A stretch of DNA of 64,000 nucleotides from Candidatus Peribacteria bacterium (GTDB taxonomy: Bacteria; Patescibacteriota; Gracilibacteria; UBA1369; 2-02-FULL-48-14), in contig CALRGE010000005.1 of assembly GCA_943357175.1 (NCBI GenBank), forward strand, positions 17,190 to 81,189. Reading direction: 5' to 3'. Below are positions 1-10,211 of this stretch, one piece after another. The translations under genes were made by a program, and so were the position numbers. Below the pieces are notes generated by a model. That model saw only the letters and a program-made list of their open reading frames with translations. It was not told the DNA's origin and did not search any database. How positions within the stretch are numbered: position 1 is the first letter of the stretch; every line of letters starts with the position of its first letter.

Positions 1-1
1 A

Positions 2-685
2 AGTATCTCCATATAGTTTTTTTAGATTTTTTTCATTCATCAAATCCATTTTATGACCACGGCAAACAAGTGTTTTATTCAAACAAAAAACGGTATCAAC
101 TTCATTATTTACAACATCCAAATCATGAGAAACCAATACGATAGTAATATTTTTCTCTTTATTTAATTTCTTTAAAATAGAATAAAATTTCGCACTTGCA
201 TGTGGATCAATTCCAACAGCTGGCTCATCAAGTATTAAAATTTTTGGGTCAGAAACCAATGCCCTGGCAATAAAAACTTTTTGTAATTGTCCACCGGAAA
301 GTTCACCAATTAATTTAGATTTTAAATCTGTAATTCCAACAAGCTTCATCGATTCAATCGAAGAAATATTCGAAACATTATTTCTTGGCAAACCACTTTT
401 AACAATTTCAAAAACGGTTGCAGGAAAAAACGACATCATAGAAGAAATTCTTTGAGGCACATAACCAATATTCATATCATCAGATTTTTCTATACTACCT
501 TTTTTGGCCTTCAAAATTCCCAATAAGATTCGAACTAAAGTACTTTTTCCACCACCATTCGGCCCTATCAAACCAACATATTGACCCGCCTTAAGTTCGA
601 AAGAAACCGCATCTAAAATTTTCTCATTTCCATAACTAAAACTGACATTTTTACACTCCAGAAGCTTTTCTTGTTTCAAGTGCAT
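2..685 (-). CDS. znuC: Zn/Mn ABC transporter ATP-binding subunit (3' end runs off window)
   Basis: Not in ORF track. My translation begins MHLKQEKLLECKNVSFSYG and contains GPNGGGKST (Walker A), LSGGQ, LDEP and SHD; directly downstream of znuA. Confidence 0.9.
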   Translation of the reverse strand, partial: MHLKQEKLLECKNVSFSYGNEKILDAVSFELKAGQYVGLIGPNGGGKSTLVRILLGILKAKKGSIEKSDDMNIGYVPQRISSMMSFFPATVFEIVKSGLPRNNVSNISSIESMKLVGITDLKSKLIGELSGGQLQKVFIARALVSDPKILILDEPAVGIDPHASAKFYSILKKLNKEKNITIVLVSHDLDVVNNEVDTVFCLNKTLVCRGHKMDLMNEKNLKKLYGDT

Positions 686-1584
686 GAAAGCGCAGTTTTT
701 AAATTCTTTAGATTACTAGACATTATTGAAAGATAATTTTCTCCATTTTTTTCATCATCATTTGTTAGACCTTCAATTGGATTCAAAACCAATATTTGAG
801 CTCCTGTTTCATCAGCAATCGTTTCACTTATCTTAGAACTTAATAATGTTTCTGCAAACACATATTTGATTTTATACTGCTCAACCAACTCAGAAATTTC
901 AGCAATTTTTTTTGTACTTGGCTCTTCATCTGGCGATAGCCCAGAAATTGCTAACATTTCCAGACCATAGCCTTTTGCAAGATAAGCAAAGGCTGCATGT
1001 GAAGTAACAAAAGTTTTCATATTACAAGTTTGAAGCCCAGCAACAAAATCTTGATTTAAACTCTCTAATTGAGATTTAACTTTAGTATTATTATTTTCAT
1101 AAAAATTAGCATTTGCAGGATCAATACTTATAAGTTTCATTTTTATTTGATCTGCTATTTTGATCATATTATTAGGATCAAGCCAAAAATGAGGATCAGC
1201 AATGCCAGCACTTTCTCCTTCTTCAGCATATTTTGTTGCCAAAATATCAACAAGAGTAGAAGTCTTTAAGACTGCTGGTTCGGCGCCTTCTAATGTTTTT
1301 ACGAAATCATTAGCCCATTCATCTAAACCTGCACCATTATACAATAATAAATCTGAATCAATAATCTGGGCAATAGTTTTAGCACTTGGTTCAAAATCAT
1401 GAGGCTCAACTCCGTTAGGTACAACATTTAAAACCAGCGCTTTATCACCTACAATTTGCTCTGCCAAAAATGCTAAAGGATAGAAACTAGCGTAAATAGA
1501 AACACGTTTATCATCAGTTAAAGGCTCACTCTTACAACCAAGCAAGAAAACTGACAGAACAAGAAAAGAAATTATTTTTTTCAT
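676..1584 (-). CDS. znuA: Zn/Mn ABC transporter substrate-binding lipoprotein
   Basis: Lipobox LLGC; EPHDFEP, DPHFWL and HAAFAY motifs. Start moved to ATG 1584 (TAATG overlap with zur stop); track gives 1602. Confidence 0.9.
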   Translation of the reverse strand: MKKIISFLVLSVFLLGCKSEPLTDDKRVSIYASFYPLAFLAEQIVGDKALVLNVVPNGVEPHDFEPSAKTIAQIIDSDLLLYNGAGLDEWANDFVKTLEGAEPAVLKTSTLVDILATKYAEEGESAGIADPHFWLDPNNMIKIADQIKMKLISIDPANANFYENNNTKVKSQLESLNQDFVAGLQTCNMKTFVTSHAAFAYLAKGYGLEMLAISGLSPDEEPSTKKIAEISELVEQYKIKYVFAETLLSSKISETIADETGAQILVLNPIEGLTNDDEKNGENYLSIMSSNLKNLKTALSCT

Positions 1585-1979
1585 TATTGACAGGTTAAAC
1601 AAATACCAAAAAACTCCAGGGAATGTTTTTTTATTTTAAACTTTGTGTCTTTTTCAAGTTTTCTCTCGAATACATCTAAATCTTTATCCATATCAACTTC
1701 TTCAATTTTTTTGCACTTAATGCAGTAAAGATGGTGGTGATGATTTTTCGACTTCGACTCGTACATATTTTTCGCATTATCCAAACGAATATCAGTAATC
1801 ATGTCTTGCGACTCCAAAAAATCCAGCTCTCGATAAACCGTTGATTTATTTACGCCCAAACTCGCCACAATCTCATCTGCTGAAACCGGCGCATTAGATT
1901 TTTCAAGTAATTCCAAAATCGCAGTTCTTGCTTTTGTAATCCTAAAACCCTTCGATTTAAGCTCTTCTAAATTATTCAT
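1584..1979 (-). CDS. zur: Fur-family metalloregulator, likely Zur
   Basis: STVYRELDFL helix, HHHHLYCIKC and C-terminal CxxC; leads the znuAC operon. Confidence 0.85.
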   Translation of the reverse strand: MNNLEELKSKGFRITKARTAILELLEKSNAPVSADEIVASLGVNKSTVYRELDFLESQDMITDIRLDNAKNMYESKSKNHHHHLYCIKCKKIEEVDMDKDLDVFERKLEKDTKFKIKKHSLEFFGICLTCQ

Positions 1980-1985
1980 ATCTTG

Positions 1986-2015
1986 AGCTTAATGCAACTT
2001 AGTCGCATTAGTCAA
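1986..2015 (-). promoter_or_regulatory. zur promoter with Fur/Zur-type operator
   Basis: TTGACT and TAAGCT boxes, ATG 6 nt after the -10; the spacer holds the 10-1-10 inverted repeat TAATGCAACTTAGTCGCATTA (1990-2010, one mismatched pair). Confidence 0.75.
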
Positions 2016-2040
2016 GCAGGTTTTGCGGGAAAAACCAACA

Positions 2041-2063
2041 AAAAAAGCCCCGTTTCCGGGGCC
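2041..2063 (-). terminator. Rho-independent terminator after greA
   Basis: Minus strand GCCCCG-GAAA-CGGGGC followed by TTTTTT. Confidence 0.85.
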
Positions 2064-2086
2064 TTCTAAATTCACATTATGACAAA

Positions 2087-2632
2087 TTACGACAGTTTTA
2101 AAATTTCGTAGTCAATAATTCCAGCTGGTACATTGATTGTAACAACATCTCCGGCTTTTCTACCCATAAGTGCCAAACCAAGTGGCGCCTCATTTGAAAT
2201 TCGATTATTTGAAACATCAGATTCTGTTGAACCAACCAAAGTAAATTCGTGTTCCTCTGATTTTTTCTTAGTATTTCTTATGAAAACTTTTGTTCCAATC
2301 TCAACCATTTGTTTTGAATGAGTTTTCTCATCAATAACCTTTGCCTTTTTCACCTTTTCTTCAAGTTCCATAATACGACCTTCAACGAAAGCCTGTTCAT
2401 TTTTTGCCTCTTCATACTCTGAATTCTCAGAAAGATCACCGTAAGAAATAGCCTCTTTCAATCTTTTTGCAATTTCTCTTCTTCGAGTTGATTTCAAAAA
2501 TTCAAGCTCGTCTTCAAGAAGTTTCAAACCTTCTTTAGTCATAACTACGCTTTCTTCCTCAAAAGGAAGTACTTTTTTAGATTTTTTGGATTTTTTCTCA
2601 TCCATGTCCTGATCGTCGTGTTGTTTAGACAT
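2087..2632 (-). CDS. greA: Transcription elongation factor GreA
   Basis: GDLSENSEYEEAK and ISNEAPLGLALMG motifs; charged N-terminal extension. Confidence 0.95.
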   Translation of the reverse strand: MSKQHDDQDMDEKKSKKSKKVLPFEEESVVMTKEGLKLLEDELEFLKSTRRREIAKRLKEAISYGDLSENSEYEEAKNEQAFVEGRIMELEEKVKKAKVIDEKTHSKQMVEIGTKVFIRNTKKKSEEHEFTLVGSTESDVSNNRISNEAPLGLALMGRKAGDVVTINVPAGIIDYEILKLS

Positions 2633-2641
2633 ATTTTAATA

Positions 2642-3994
2642 TTAGTAATAAGAACGAATTTTAACGCTGGTTGGGTGTTCTCGCAATTTATGCAGAACTT
2701 TTGCCTCAATCTGACGAATTCTTTCTCGAGTTACTCCAAATTCAGTTCCAACTTCTTCCAATGTATGTCCAATTCCATCTTTAAGTCCAAATCGCATCTC
2801 AATAATTTTTCTCTCTCTTGGAGATAAATATTGCAACATCTCATGAATATTCTCCTTAATTAATTGTCTGTTTGTTTGCTCATCAGGAGAAAGTGAATCA
2901 TCATCTTTAATGAAATCTCCTAACTTACTGTCTTCTTCCGCACCAACCGGCGCCTCAAGCGAAACAATGTCTTGAGAAATCTTCATTATGTGACGAACCT
3001 TCTTTATATCCATATCCATTTCAGCCGCCAACTCTTCAATCAATGGCTCACGCCCAAGCTCCTGCACCAAACGTCGTTGAGTGTGAGTTAGCTTGTTGAT
3101 TGTTTCAACCATGTGAACCGGAATACGAATCGTTCGTGCCTGATCAGCGATTGCTCGAGTGATAGCCTGACGAATCCACCAAGTTGCATAAGTTGAGAAC
3201 TTGAAACCTCGATCTGGATCAAATTTTTCTACAGCACGGAAAAGACCAATGTTTCCCTCCTGAATAAGATCAAGGAAAGAAAGACCACGACCAATATATT
3301 TTTTAGCGATCGACACAACTAAACGCAAGTTTGCTTCAGCCAATTTTGCCTTAGCAGATTGATCACCTTTAGCAATTTTTCTAGCTAAATCAGCCTCTTC
3401 TTTTGCAGTTAACAGATCAACTTTACCAATTTCACACAAATACATTCGAATTGAATCATTCGCAATTTCAGAAAGATCAACAGTTTTCTTTGCCTTAGAT
3501 TTTCTTTTATCCTCTTTATCTTTTGCATCCTTAGCATCTTTAAGCGCAGCGGCTTCTTCAGCTGCAGCATCAATCTCTGGATCAACATCCTCTAAAAGAT
3601 CATCCCCATCAACAGCCTCAATAGCAGCCAAAGCAGCTAAATCTTCATCTGAAACATCTTCATCATCAAGATTGCTGGCCTCTTCTTTCAAATCTTCAAC
3701 TTCAAGATCAGCATCAACATCAGGCTCCTGACCCATACTCATTTCCTCTTCTTTCTTACCCCAAATCATTTGATCTTTAACATCAATCAATTTAATTCCA
3801 AGCTCCATCAAAAGTGTATAAACCTCATCTGCAAAAGTCACGTTTTCCTCAAGATTAGGAAGAGCGTGCATTAATTCTTGCTGTGTCACGAAACCACGAT
3901 GACGCCCCTTATCAATAAGATCACGTATCTCTTGTGGGTATTTTGCCAAGTTTTCCTCAGAGAAATGCGCTATAAACTTTCTAGTTCTGGCCAT
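2642..3994 (-). CDS. rpoD: Primary sigma factor RpoD
   Basis: [36 protein letters not shown]; region 1.1 plus acidic linker. Confidence 0.97.
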   Translation of the reverse strand: MARTRKFIAHFSEENLAKYPQEIRDLIDKGRHRGFVTQQELMHALPNLEENVTFADEVYTLLMELGIKLIDVKDQMIWGKKEEEMSMGQEPDVDADLEVEDLKEEASNLDDEDVSDEDLAALAAIEAVDGDDLLEDVDPEIDAAAEEAAALKDAKDAKDKEDKRKSKAKKTVDLSEIANDSIRMYLCEIGKVDLLTAKEEADLARKIAKGDQSAKAKLAEANLRLVVSIAKKYIGRGLSFLDLIQEGNIGLFRAVEKFDPDRGFKFSTYATWWIRQAITRAIADQARTIRIPVHMVETINKLTHTQRRLVQELGREPLIEELAAEMDMDIKKVRHIMKISQDIVSLEAPVGAEEDSKLGDFIKDDDSLSPDEQTNRQLIKENIHEMLQYLSPRERKIIEMRFGLKDGIGHTLEEVGTEFGVTRERIRQIEAKVLHKLREHPTSVKIRSYY

Positions 3995-5753
3995 TAGTCT
4001 TTAGATTAGAGGAATATTCGAGATAGAGCAGCGCGATCAATTTTTCCATTTCTTCCTTGACCAGTTCCGGGTTCTGATTCTTAAATTCCGCCTCAAACAC
4101 CAATTTCTTGAGAGTCAATGAGTCTTCTCTACTCTGATAGAAGCCCTCATCAATCGCAGCGTGGAGATTATAGTAATCTCTTAGCTGTTTGTAAACATGA
4201 CTTGCATTAATCTCAAAATCTTCGCGTAATAAGAAATTTTCAAAGTCTTCAAAAAAGTCCGCGAGTTTTTCCACATTAAACTGCCTCACCAAACCTAACT
4301 TCTCTACAATTAAAGCAAAATCTTCAGCTTGCTTCATCTTCTCCCAAACCTCGAAACACTGCTTAGGAAAAGTCAAAATCAAACCTAAAAACTCTTCAAA
4401 ATATCTTTCAAGTTTATCTTTTTTAACAGCAATTTTTTCTTTCACCACACGCTGACTTCGCTGTTTAGAAGAAAAATTCTGTTTTATCAAATCATAAAGT
4501 AACTCGATTGGAGTACCAACCAGCTTCGACAATTCCTTCAAATAATGATCTTTCTCAACAGGATGCGCCATTCCCTCAAGCAAATCCAAAATTTTATTCG
4601 TAAACTCTTTCTTTCCTCCTGAACTTGCCAAATCATAAAGTGCCTCATATTTCTCAAAGAAAAAATCCATATAAGGTTTTTTAGCGGCCACCGCAGCCGT
4701 CCATAATTCAGGATTTTCTTTCACCGCATCAGCCGCATCTTTCCCACTTGGGATTGTGACTACAAAAATATCAAAACCCATAGGCTGTGCTATCAAAACA
4801 CTCCTTAAAAGCGCCTCCTGACCGGCATTATCTGCATCAAAAGCAAAAGCTAATTTTTTAGTATAACGTTTTACCAATTTCAATTGTTCTTCAGTTAAAG
4901 CGGTTCCACAAGTCGCAACCACATTTTTCTCTCCTGCCTGCCAAGAAGCAATTGTATCGAAATAGCCCTCCACAAACACAACAAAATCGAGTTCTTTTAT
5001 ATACTTCTTAGCTCGTGAAAAATTATACAAAACCGAACCCTTGTTATAAAGAACATAATCTGAAGAATTTAAATATTTTGGATCGTCGCCTTTTTTCAAA
5101 GAACGCCCACCAAATCCAATTGACTCTCCCCTATCATTCAAAATTGGAAACATTAGACGCAACCGAAATCTATCCAGCACATTCTGAGCTGTAGCATCTT
5201 TCGCCACAACCAAACTTGTTGTTAAAATTCGTTCTTTGAGCGAGCCTTTTTCCAATAAATGTCTGTAGAGCAAATCATAAGAATCAGGAGAAAAACCGAC
5301 ATCAAATTCGTTTATAGTCTCTTCAGTCAAACCTCGCCTTTTCAAATAGTCCAAAACCTTCGCACCGGCTTCCCCGTTCCACAAATTCTGAACAAAAAAA
5401 TGCGTAGCAGCCAAATTTATATCTTTCATTTCTTCCTTTTCATCTTTAGAAACCTTCGGTCCACCCTCAAATTTCGGCAACTCCACATTCGCCCTATCCG
5501 CCAACAAATCAAGTGCTCCCTTAAAATCTAGTCCTTCAATTTCCTGAACGAACTGGAAAAGATCTCCACCCTTATTACAACCAAAACAATATGCAATTTG
5601 CCTTTCAGGATTCACATGAAAACTCGGCGTTTTTTCAGAATGGAAAGGACAACATGCCTTAAAATATTTCCCGGCTTTTTTGAGCGGCACATAAGAAGCC
5701 ACAACATCTTCAATCGATAGTTTCGACTTGATTTCCGCAACAGCATCAAACAT
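3981..5753 (-). CDS. dnaG: DNA primase
   Basis: [11 protein letters not shown] zinc finger; KYLNS, EGYFD and FDADNAG TOPRIM motifs. Confidence 0.96.
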   Translation of the reverse strand: MFDAVAEIKSKLSIEDVVASYVPLKKAGKYFKACCPFHSEKTPSFHVNPERQIAYCFGCNKGGDLFQFVQEIEGLDFKGALDLLADRANVELPKFEGGPKVSKDEKEEMKDINLAATHFFVQNLWNGEAGAKVLDYLKRRGLTEETINEFDVGFSPDSYDLLYRHLLEKGSLKERILTTSLVVAKDATAQNVLDRFRLRLMFPILNDRGESIGFGGRSLKKGDDPKYLNSSDYVLYNKGSVLYNFSRAKKYIKELDFVVFVEGYFDTIASWQAGEKNVVATCGTALTEEQLKLVKRYTKKLAFAFDADNAGQEALLRSVLIAQPMGFDIFVVTIPSGKDAADAVKENPELWTAAVAAKKPYMDFFFEKYEALYDLASSGGKKEFTNKILDLLEGMAHPVEKDHYLKELSKLVGTPIELLYDLIKQNFSSKQRSQRVVKEKIAVKKDKLERYFEEFLGLILTFPKQCFEVWEKMKQAEDFALIVEKLGLVRQFNVEKLADFFEDFENFLLREDFEINASHVYKQLRDYYNLHAAIDEGFYQSREDSLTLKKLVFEAEFKNQNPELVKEEMEKLIALLYLEYSSNLKTNGQN

Positions 5754-5981
5754 AAGAACCTCGTTAGAGGCTTTTATATTAGCACAAGGGTCAATAATAA
5801 AAACAGGGATACGAATTTCTTCATTTAAAATGGGATAATAATGTATTTCTGGCTAAGTATAAAGGAATAGAGACAATTTACATAGACTGACTTCAGTTCT
5901 CAATGCCAAGCAATTTAGCCTTGCCTTAGGGGGGTATATGTTATAATAGAGGGAATGATTTAATTCTTTAACAAAAATAAA

Positions 5982-6533
5982 ATGAAAAAATCATCAATTA
6001 CAAAATTCGCCGCAATAGGTATTCTGGTCGCAGTCATTGTAGGCGCTGCAGTCATTTCAAATAAAGAAAATTTGCAGGGAAATCTATCAAAGGTAGCAAG
6101 TGTTGAACTTAAAGCATTGAGTTCAACAGATTGTACTGGAACTCTTATATACGACAAAACGAACGGGAGCACTGGTACTATGAATTTTAACCAACTCTCA
6201 AGCTTATTCACAAGAGACAGCAGCTCTGCAACTGATTGTAAATATGAAATTGCTCTATATGATGGCAGTAAAATGAAAAACTTTTCAGACTACACTCTTC
6301 CATCAAACGGTTACTCAAACAGTGCAACCATTTACAGTGTAAGATCAAATGGTTCAACTGATCCAGACTTAATGGAATTTAAAATATTAGATGGTGGAAG
6401 CTATCCACTTGTAATATCTATAGATCCAATTTTGAAATCAGCAATAGCTAGTGGATGCATTGATACTGGTACAACAATAGGTTGTCTAACAACAGGAGCA
6501 ATTAGTAATATAGAGTTAGTTGTAAGTTATTAA
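5982..6533 (+). CDS. Secreted or membrane-anchored hypothetical protein
   Basis: N-terminal hydrophobic segment, Ser/Thr-rich with 4 Cys; TGnTATAAT upstream and terminator downstream. Confidence 0.7.
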   Translation: MKKSSITKFAAIGILVAVIVGAAVISNKENLQGNLSKVASVELKALSSTDCTGTLIYDKTNGSTGTMNFNQLSSLFTRDSSSATDCKYEIALYDGSKMKNFSDYTLPSNGYSNSATIYSVRSNGSTDPDLMEFKILDGGSYPLVISIDPILKSAIASGCIDTGTTIGCLTTGAISNIELVVSY

Positions 6534-6546
6534 TCAAGAAGTAGTG

Positions 6547-6578
6547 AAAAGTCCTGGGCAAAATGCTCGGGACTTTTT
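6547..6578. terminator. Bidirectional terminator
   Basis: AAAAGTCCTGGGC-AAAAT-GCTCGGGACTTTT between convergent genes. Confidence 0.75.
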
Positions 6579-6967
6579 TAAATACTTATTATTTTCAAGC
6601 CAAGCACTTTCTTGAAATCTTTTATATTTCTGGTCAATAAAGGCGCATTCATACTCATTGCAGTGGCAGCAATTAAAGCATCAGGCAATTTAATTTTACT
6701 TTCTCTACGAAAACGCGCAGTAATGTCTGCAATATTTGGATCAAGATTTACCTGATGAAAATTGCTTTTAAAAAACTTTTTTAAAAAATGAACTTCATCA
6801 TCAGATAATTTTGAAAAAGACATTGCCTCAATTTCAACAATGACTGAAACATATAACAAACCACACAGGGAACTATATCGATTCAATAGATCCACGATAA
6901 ACATATCTCGATTTAAGAAACCCACAACAACATTAGTATCAACGAAGATTACTTTATCTCCACTCAT
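6578..6967 (-). CDS. vapC: PIN-domain (VapC-like) toxin
   Basis: FVDTNVV, E, KLPDALIAATA and LLTRNIKDF PIN motifs. Confidence 0.88.
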   Translation of the reverse strand: MSGDKVIFVDTNVVVGFLNRDMFIVDLLNRYSSLCGLLYVSVIVEIEAMSFSKLSDDEVHFLKKFFKSNFHQVNLDPNIADITARFRRESKIKLPDALIAATAMSMNAPLLTRNIKDFKKVLGLKIISI

Positions 6968-7130
6968 TTCTAATTTGCTTTATGTGAGCATAAAATTGCT
7001 TAGCTCGTTTATTATCAATCATACCTTGAGCCGCATACCAACTAGGATGCATTTTTTTTTCTTTTAGAGGTTTAACTAAATCAAGTTTAAGAACTGACTC
7101 TAAAGATCTAATTTTTTCTACAGTTTTCAT
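6954..7130 (-). CDS. Putative antitoxin, 58 aa (not in ORF track)
   Basis: MKTVEKIRSLESVLKLDLVKPLKEKKMHPSWYAAQGMIDNKRAKQFYAHIKQIRNEWR; overlaps the vapC start; has its own promoter. Confidence 0.75.
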   Translation of the reverse strand: MKTVEKIRSLESVLKLDLVKPLKEKKMHPSWYAAQGMIDNKRAKQFYAHIKQIRNEWR

Positions 7131-7136
7131 AATCAG

Positions 7137-7165
7137 ATCCTAGCAAAAAAAATTGGTCATGACAA
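7137..7165 (-). promoter_or_regulatory. TA operon promoter with palindromic operator
   Basis: TTGTCA-17-TAGGAT (TGn extended), ATG 6 nt later; palindrome GTCATGAC overlaps the -35. Confidence 0.65.
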
Positions 7166-7168
7166 ATT

Positions 7169-8173
7169 CTACTTCCTATACAACAAAGCCCAAGCCAAGC
7201 CGGCCATAAATACTAAAATTGCAACAAGTGCAATTAACTTTCCTTCTGTGTGCAGGCCTAATGCTAATAAACCAAAGATTAAAGAACTCATTGCAAAGAA
7301 AATTACAACTTTTTGTTGACTGAATCCAGCCTTCAACAATCGATGATGGAAGTGCATCAAATCACCCTTAAATGGTGATTGACCTTTACGAATTCGACGT
7401 AAAATAACCCAAGCAAAATCTAGCATAGGGAAACCCAAAACAAGAATTGTTGTTGCAATTTTTCCTCCTGAAATCAGCGCGGTTACGGCAAGCAGAAAGC
7501 CAAGAAACATCGAACCAGTATCGCCCATTATCATTCGCGGTTTTGGAAAATCAAAAACTAAAAACCCAAGCGAAAGTGCCATAATTATGATTGATAGCGT
7601 AATTGCTAAAGTTTGATCTAAATAATGAAAACCAGGCCGAATACTCAATAAAAATAGAATCAAAGAAGAAACAAAAGCGATTGAACTTGCCATGCCCGGC
7701 ACACCATCAACCCAGTTAAAAGCATTCACCATAACCATTAACCACAAAACTGTAACCAGTGCAGAAAAAACTGCAAGCGACCCAAACATCACAGTATCCA
7801 GCGGAAAAGTTCCCCCAAAAGGATTCGTAATTGAAGTTACTCCAACCCCGCCATAAACCAAAATCGAACCTGAAATAAACTGTACAAACAATCGTAAAGC
7901 AGGCGGAAGACCAATTCTATCATCAACAAAACTTACTAGAACCAAAAGTGAAGCGCCAAAAAAAACGGAAAGCGTAATTGGATTCGCCGGGATAAAAGTC
8001 AAAAAACTTACAAGAAAAGCTAAATAAATTGCAAGACCACCAGGGTAAGGAATCGGCGCCCGTTTCAAACCATATTTTTTCGGTCTATCCATAAGACCAA
8101 TCCGTGGATAAACGCGCAAAGCAAGCCAAGCAAAAACAAATAGAAAACCGAGAGTTGTAATAAAAATTGTCAT
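7169..8173 (-). CDS. WecA/TagO-like polyprenyl-phosphate HexNAc-1-P transferase (MraY-like family)
   Basis: VDDRIGL, NAFNWVDG, MGDTGS and HFHHRL motifs; polytopic membrane protein. Confidence 0.88.
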   Translation of the reverse strand: MTIFITTLGFLFVFAWLALRVYPRIGLMDRPKKYGLKRAPIPYPGGLAIYLAFLVSFLTFIPANPITLSVFFGASLLVLVSFVDDRIGLPPALRLFVQFISGSILVYGGVGVTSITNPFGGTFPLDTVMFGSLAVFSALVTVLWLMVMVNAFNWVDGVPGMASSIAFVSSLILFLLSIRPGFHYLDQTLAITLSIIIMALSLGFLVFDFPKPRMIMGDTGSMFLGFLLAVTALISGGKIATTILVLGFPMLDFAWVILRRIRKGQSPFKGDLMHFHHRLLKAGFSQQKVVIFFAMSSLIFGLLALGLHTEGKLIALVAILVFMAGLAWALLYRK

Positions 8174-8185
8174 GCGCTTCTTATA

Positions 8186-8827
8186 TTATACGCCAGCGCT
8201 AAAATCTTCAATTTTTTTCGCTTCTTCAATCTTAAAATCTCCAACTCGAGTTCTGCGAAGTGCGGTCAAAACCGCTCCACAGCCTAATTTTTGACCGATG
8301 TCGTGAACCAAAGAACGAATATAAGTTCCACTTGAAACCTCAACTTTAAATTTCACAATCGGCATATCTATAGAAATATCCCAACCCCGCATTTTCACCA
8401 TAACCGGCTTCAATACTACCGGAAGCCCCGCGCGCGCTAATTCATAAGCCTTTTTTCCATTGATTTTTTTTGCTGAAAAAGCCGGTGGCATTTGAGATGT
8501 TTCACCCCAAAAAGTCGCCATCACTTCCAAAATTTTTGCCTCGCTTATATCTCCAATCGGCAAACTCTCCACCTTCCCTTCCGTATCATAAGTATCAGAA
8601 ACTTTTCCAAGCTCCATCGTCGCCTCATATTCCTTATCAAGTTTCATAAACTGAGAAATTTGCTTTGTTGCATCCCGCCCGACAGCCAAAACTAAAACGC
8701 CGGTTGCAAGCGGATCAAGAGTTCCGAGGTGGCCAATTTTTCTTTCCTTCAAAACTCCACGCATTTTTGCGACTACATCGTGACTGGTCCAGCCTGTTGG
8801 CTTGTCCATAATTATAAATCCGCTCAT
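8186..8827 (-). CDS. truB: tRNA pseudouridine(55) synthase
   Basis: DKPTGWTSHD, GHLGTLDPLATG and SSGTYIRSL motifs. Confidence 0.95.
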   Translation of the reverse strand: MSGFIIMDKPTGWTSHDVVAKMRGVLKERKIGHLGTLDPLATGVLVLAVGRDATKQISQFMKLDKEYEATMELGKVSDTYDTEGKVESLPIGDISEAKILEVMATFWGETSQMPPAFSAKKINGKKAYELARAGLPVVLKPVMVKMRGWDISIDMPIVKFKVEVSSGTYIRSLVHDIGQKLGCGAVLTALRRTRVGDFKIEEAKKIEDFSAGV

Positions 8828-10134
8828 GCAGTTGGGAGTTCCACGTCAATCACGCGAGATAAAATTTCGCGTGCCACTTTTCTGTCATCGAAAGGAATTT
8901 TTCCATGGCCGACATACTTATATTCCTGCGCACCTTTTCCGCAAATCAAAACGCTATCACCTTCTTTTGCGATGCTCAAAGCCAGCCGAATTGCCTCCGC
9001 ACGATCAAGTACCTGCCAAAATCTATCGCCTTCTTTCCTGTTAATTCCTTTTCTCACCATTTCAGCAATCGAATTTGGATCTTCAGTATAAGTATCGTCA
9101 TCAGTCAAAACAATAAAGTCCGAATATTTATCTGCAATTTGACCCATTATTGGCCGCTTCAAAGCATCGCGATTTCCGGTACAACCAAAAACTGTAATCA
9201 AGCGACCCTTTGTAATTTCCTTAAACATACTAAGAACTTGCTCGAGAGAATCTGCGGTGTGCGCAAAATCCACCACAACTGAAAATGGCTGACCGGAATC
9301 AATAATTTCAATTCTACCCGGAACCGGTTTCATATTCTCCAAGCCCTTCTTTATAGTTTCAAGATTTATATGAAAAGCCGTTGCAACAGTTGCCGCAGCA
9401 ACCGCATTGTAAACATTCATTCTACCGGGAATTTTGAAATCTACTTCTACTTCGCCATTCGGGATTTTCAAAGTGAATTTCGTTCCATCAGGTCGAGGCT
9501 CTAAATTTCTTGCATTGTAAGCGCCATTTATCACTCCGAATTTAAATTGCTGATCTGCAGGAAAAGCAGCAAAATATTCTTGTTCAGGATCATCTGCATT
9601 GATGATAGAAATTTTTGCAACTCCTGCTTTTCGCTGAGAACCGTTCAAATTTTTAAATATTTGCCCCTTCGTTTTTTTGTAATTTTCCATGTCACCGTGA
9701 TAATCCAAATGCTCGTGGGACAAATTAGTAAACACACAAGTATCAAGATTAATTCCCCAAACCCTGGACTGCATTATCGCGTGACTCGTAACCTCCAAAA
9801 CAACAATTTCACAACCCGCATCCACCATTTTTTTGAACATTCTCTGTAATGGAAATGGACTCAAAGTCGACTGATTAGTTAAATTCGTGTCTTCTTCATC
9901 TCCAATTTTAAAATTTACGGTAGTCATCAAGCCGGCCTTCTTACCTGACTCGCTGAGAATTTTATGAATAATATTGCAAGTGGTCGATTTCCCTTTTGTT
10001 CCGGTCACCGCAATCACAGTCATTTTATTCGCCGGAAATCCGTACGCAATCGAAGCTGCCACCGCCAAAGACTTATGATAAAACAGTCGAAGAGGATGTT
10101 GGTGTGGCAGGAGATTATTGAGAAAGTCTTTCAT
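8824..10134 (-). CDS. murE: MurE-family Mur ligase
   Basis: VTGTKGKST, EVTSH, NLSHEHLDYH, VPGRIE, DFAHT. Start placed at MKDFLNN (TATAGT 7 nt upstream); track gives 10212. Confidence 0.88.
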   Translation of the reverse strand: MKDFLNNLLPHQHPLRLFYHKSLAVAASIAYGFPANKMTVIAVTGTKGKSTTCNIIHKILSESGKKAGLMTTVNFKIGDEEDTNLTNQSTLSPFPLQRMFKKMVDAGCEIVVLEVTSHAIMQSRVWGINLDTCVFTNLSHEHLDYHGDMENYKKTKGQIFKNLNGSQRKAGVAKISIINADDPEQEYFAAFPADQQFKFGVINGAYNARNLEPRPDGTKFTLKIPNGEVEVDFKIPGRMNVYNAVAAATVATAFHINLETIKKGLENMKPVPGRIEIIDSGQPFSVVVDFAHTADSLEQVLSMFKEITKGRLITVFGCTGNRDALKRPIMGQIADKYSDFIVLTDDDTYTEDPNSIAEMVRKGINRKEGDRFWQVLDRAEAIRLALSIAKEGDSVLICGKGAQEYKYVGHGKIPFDDRKVAREILSRVIDVELPTA

Positions 10135-10211
10135 CGACCTTACTATAAAGAACTCCACCGGTTTTGGGAATACTAAGCTTTTGTCCACAACGCTGATAGG
10201 AATATTCATCA

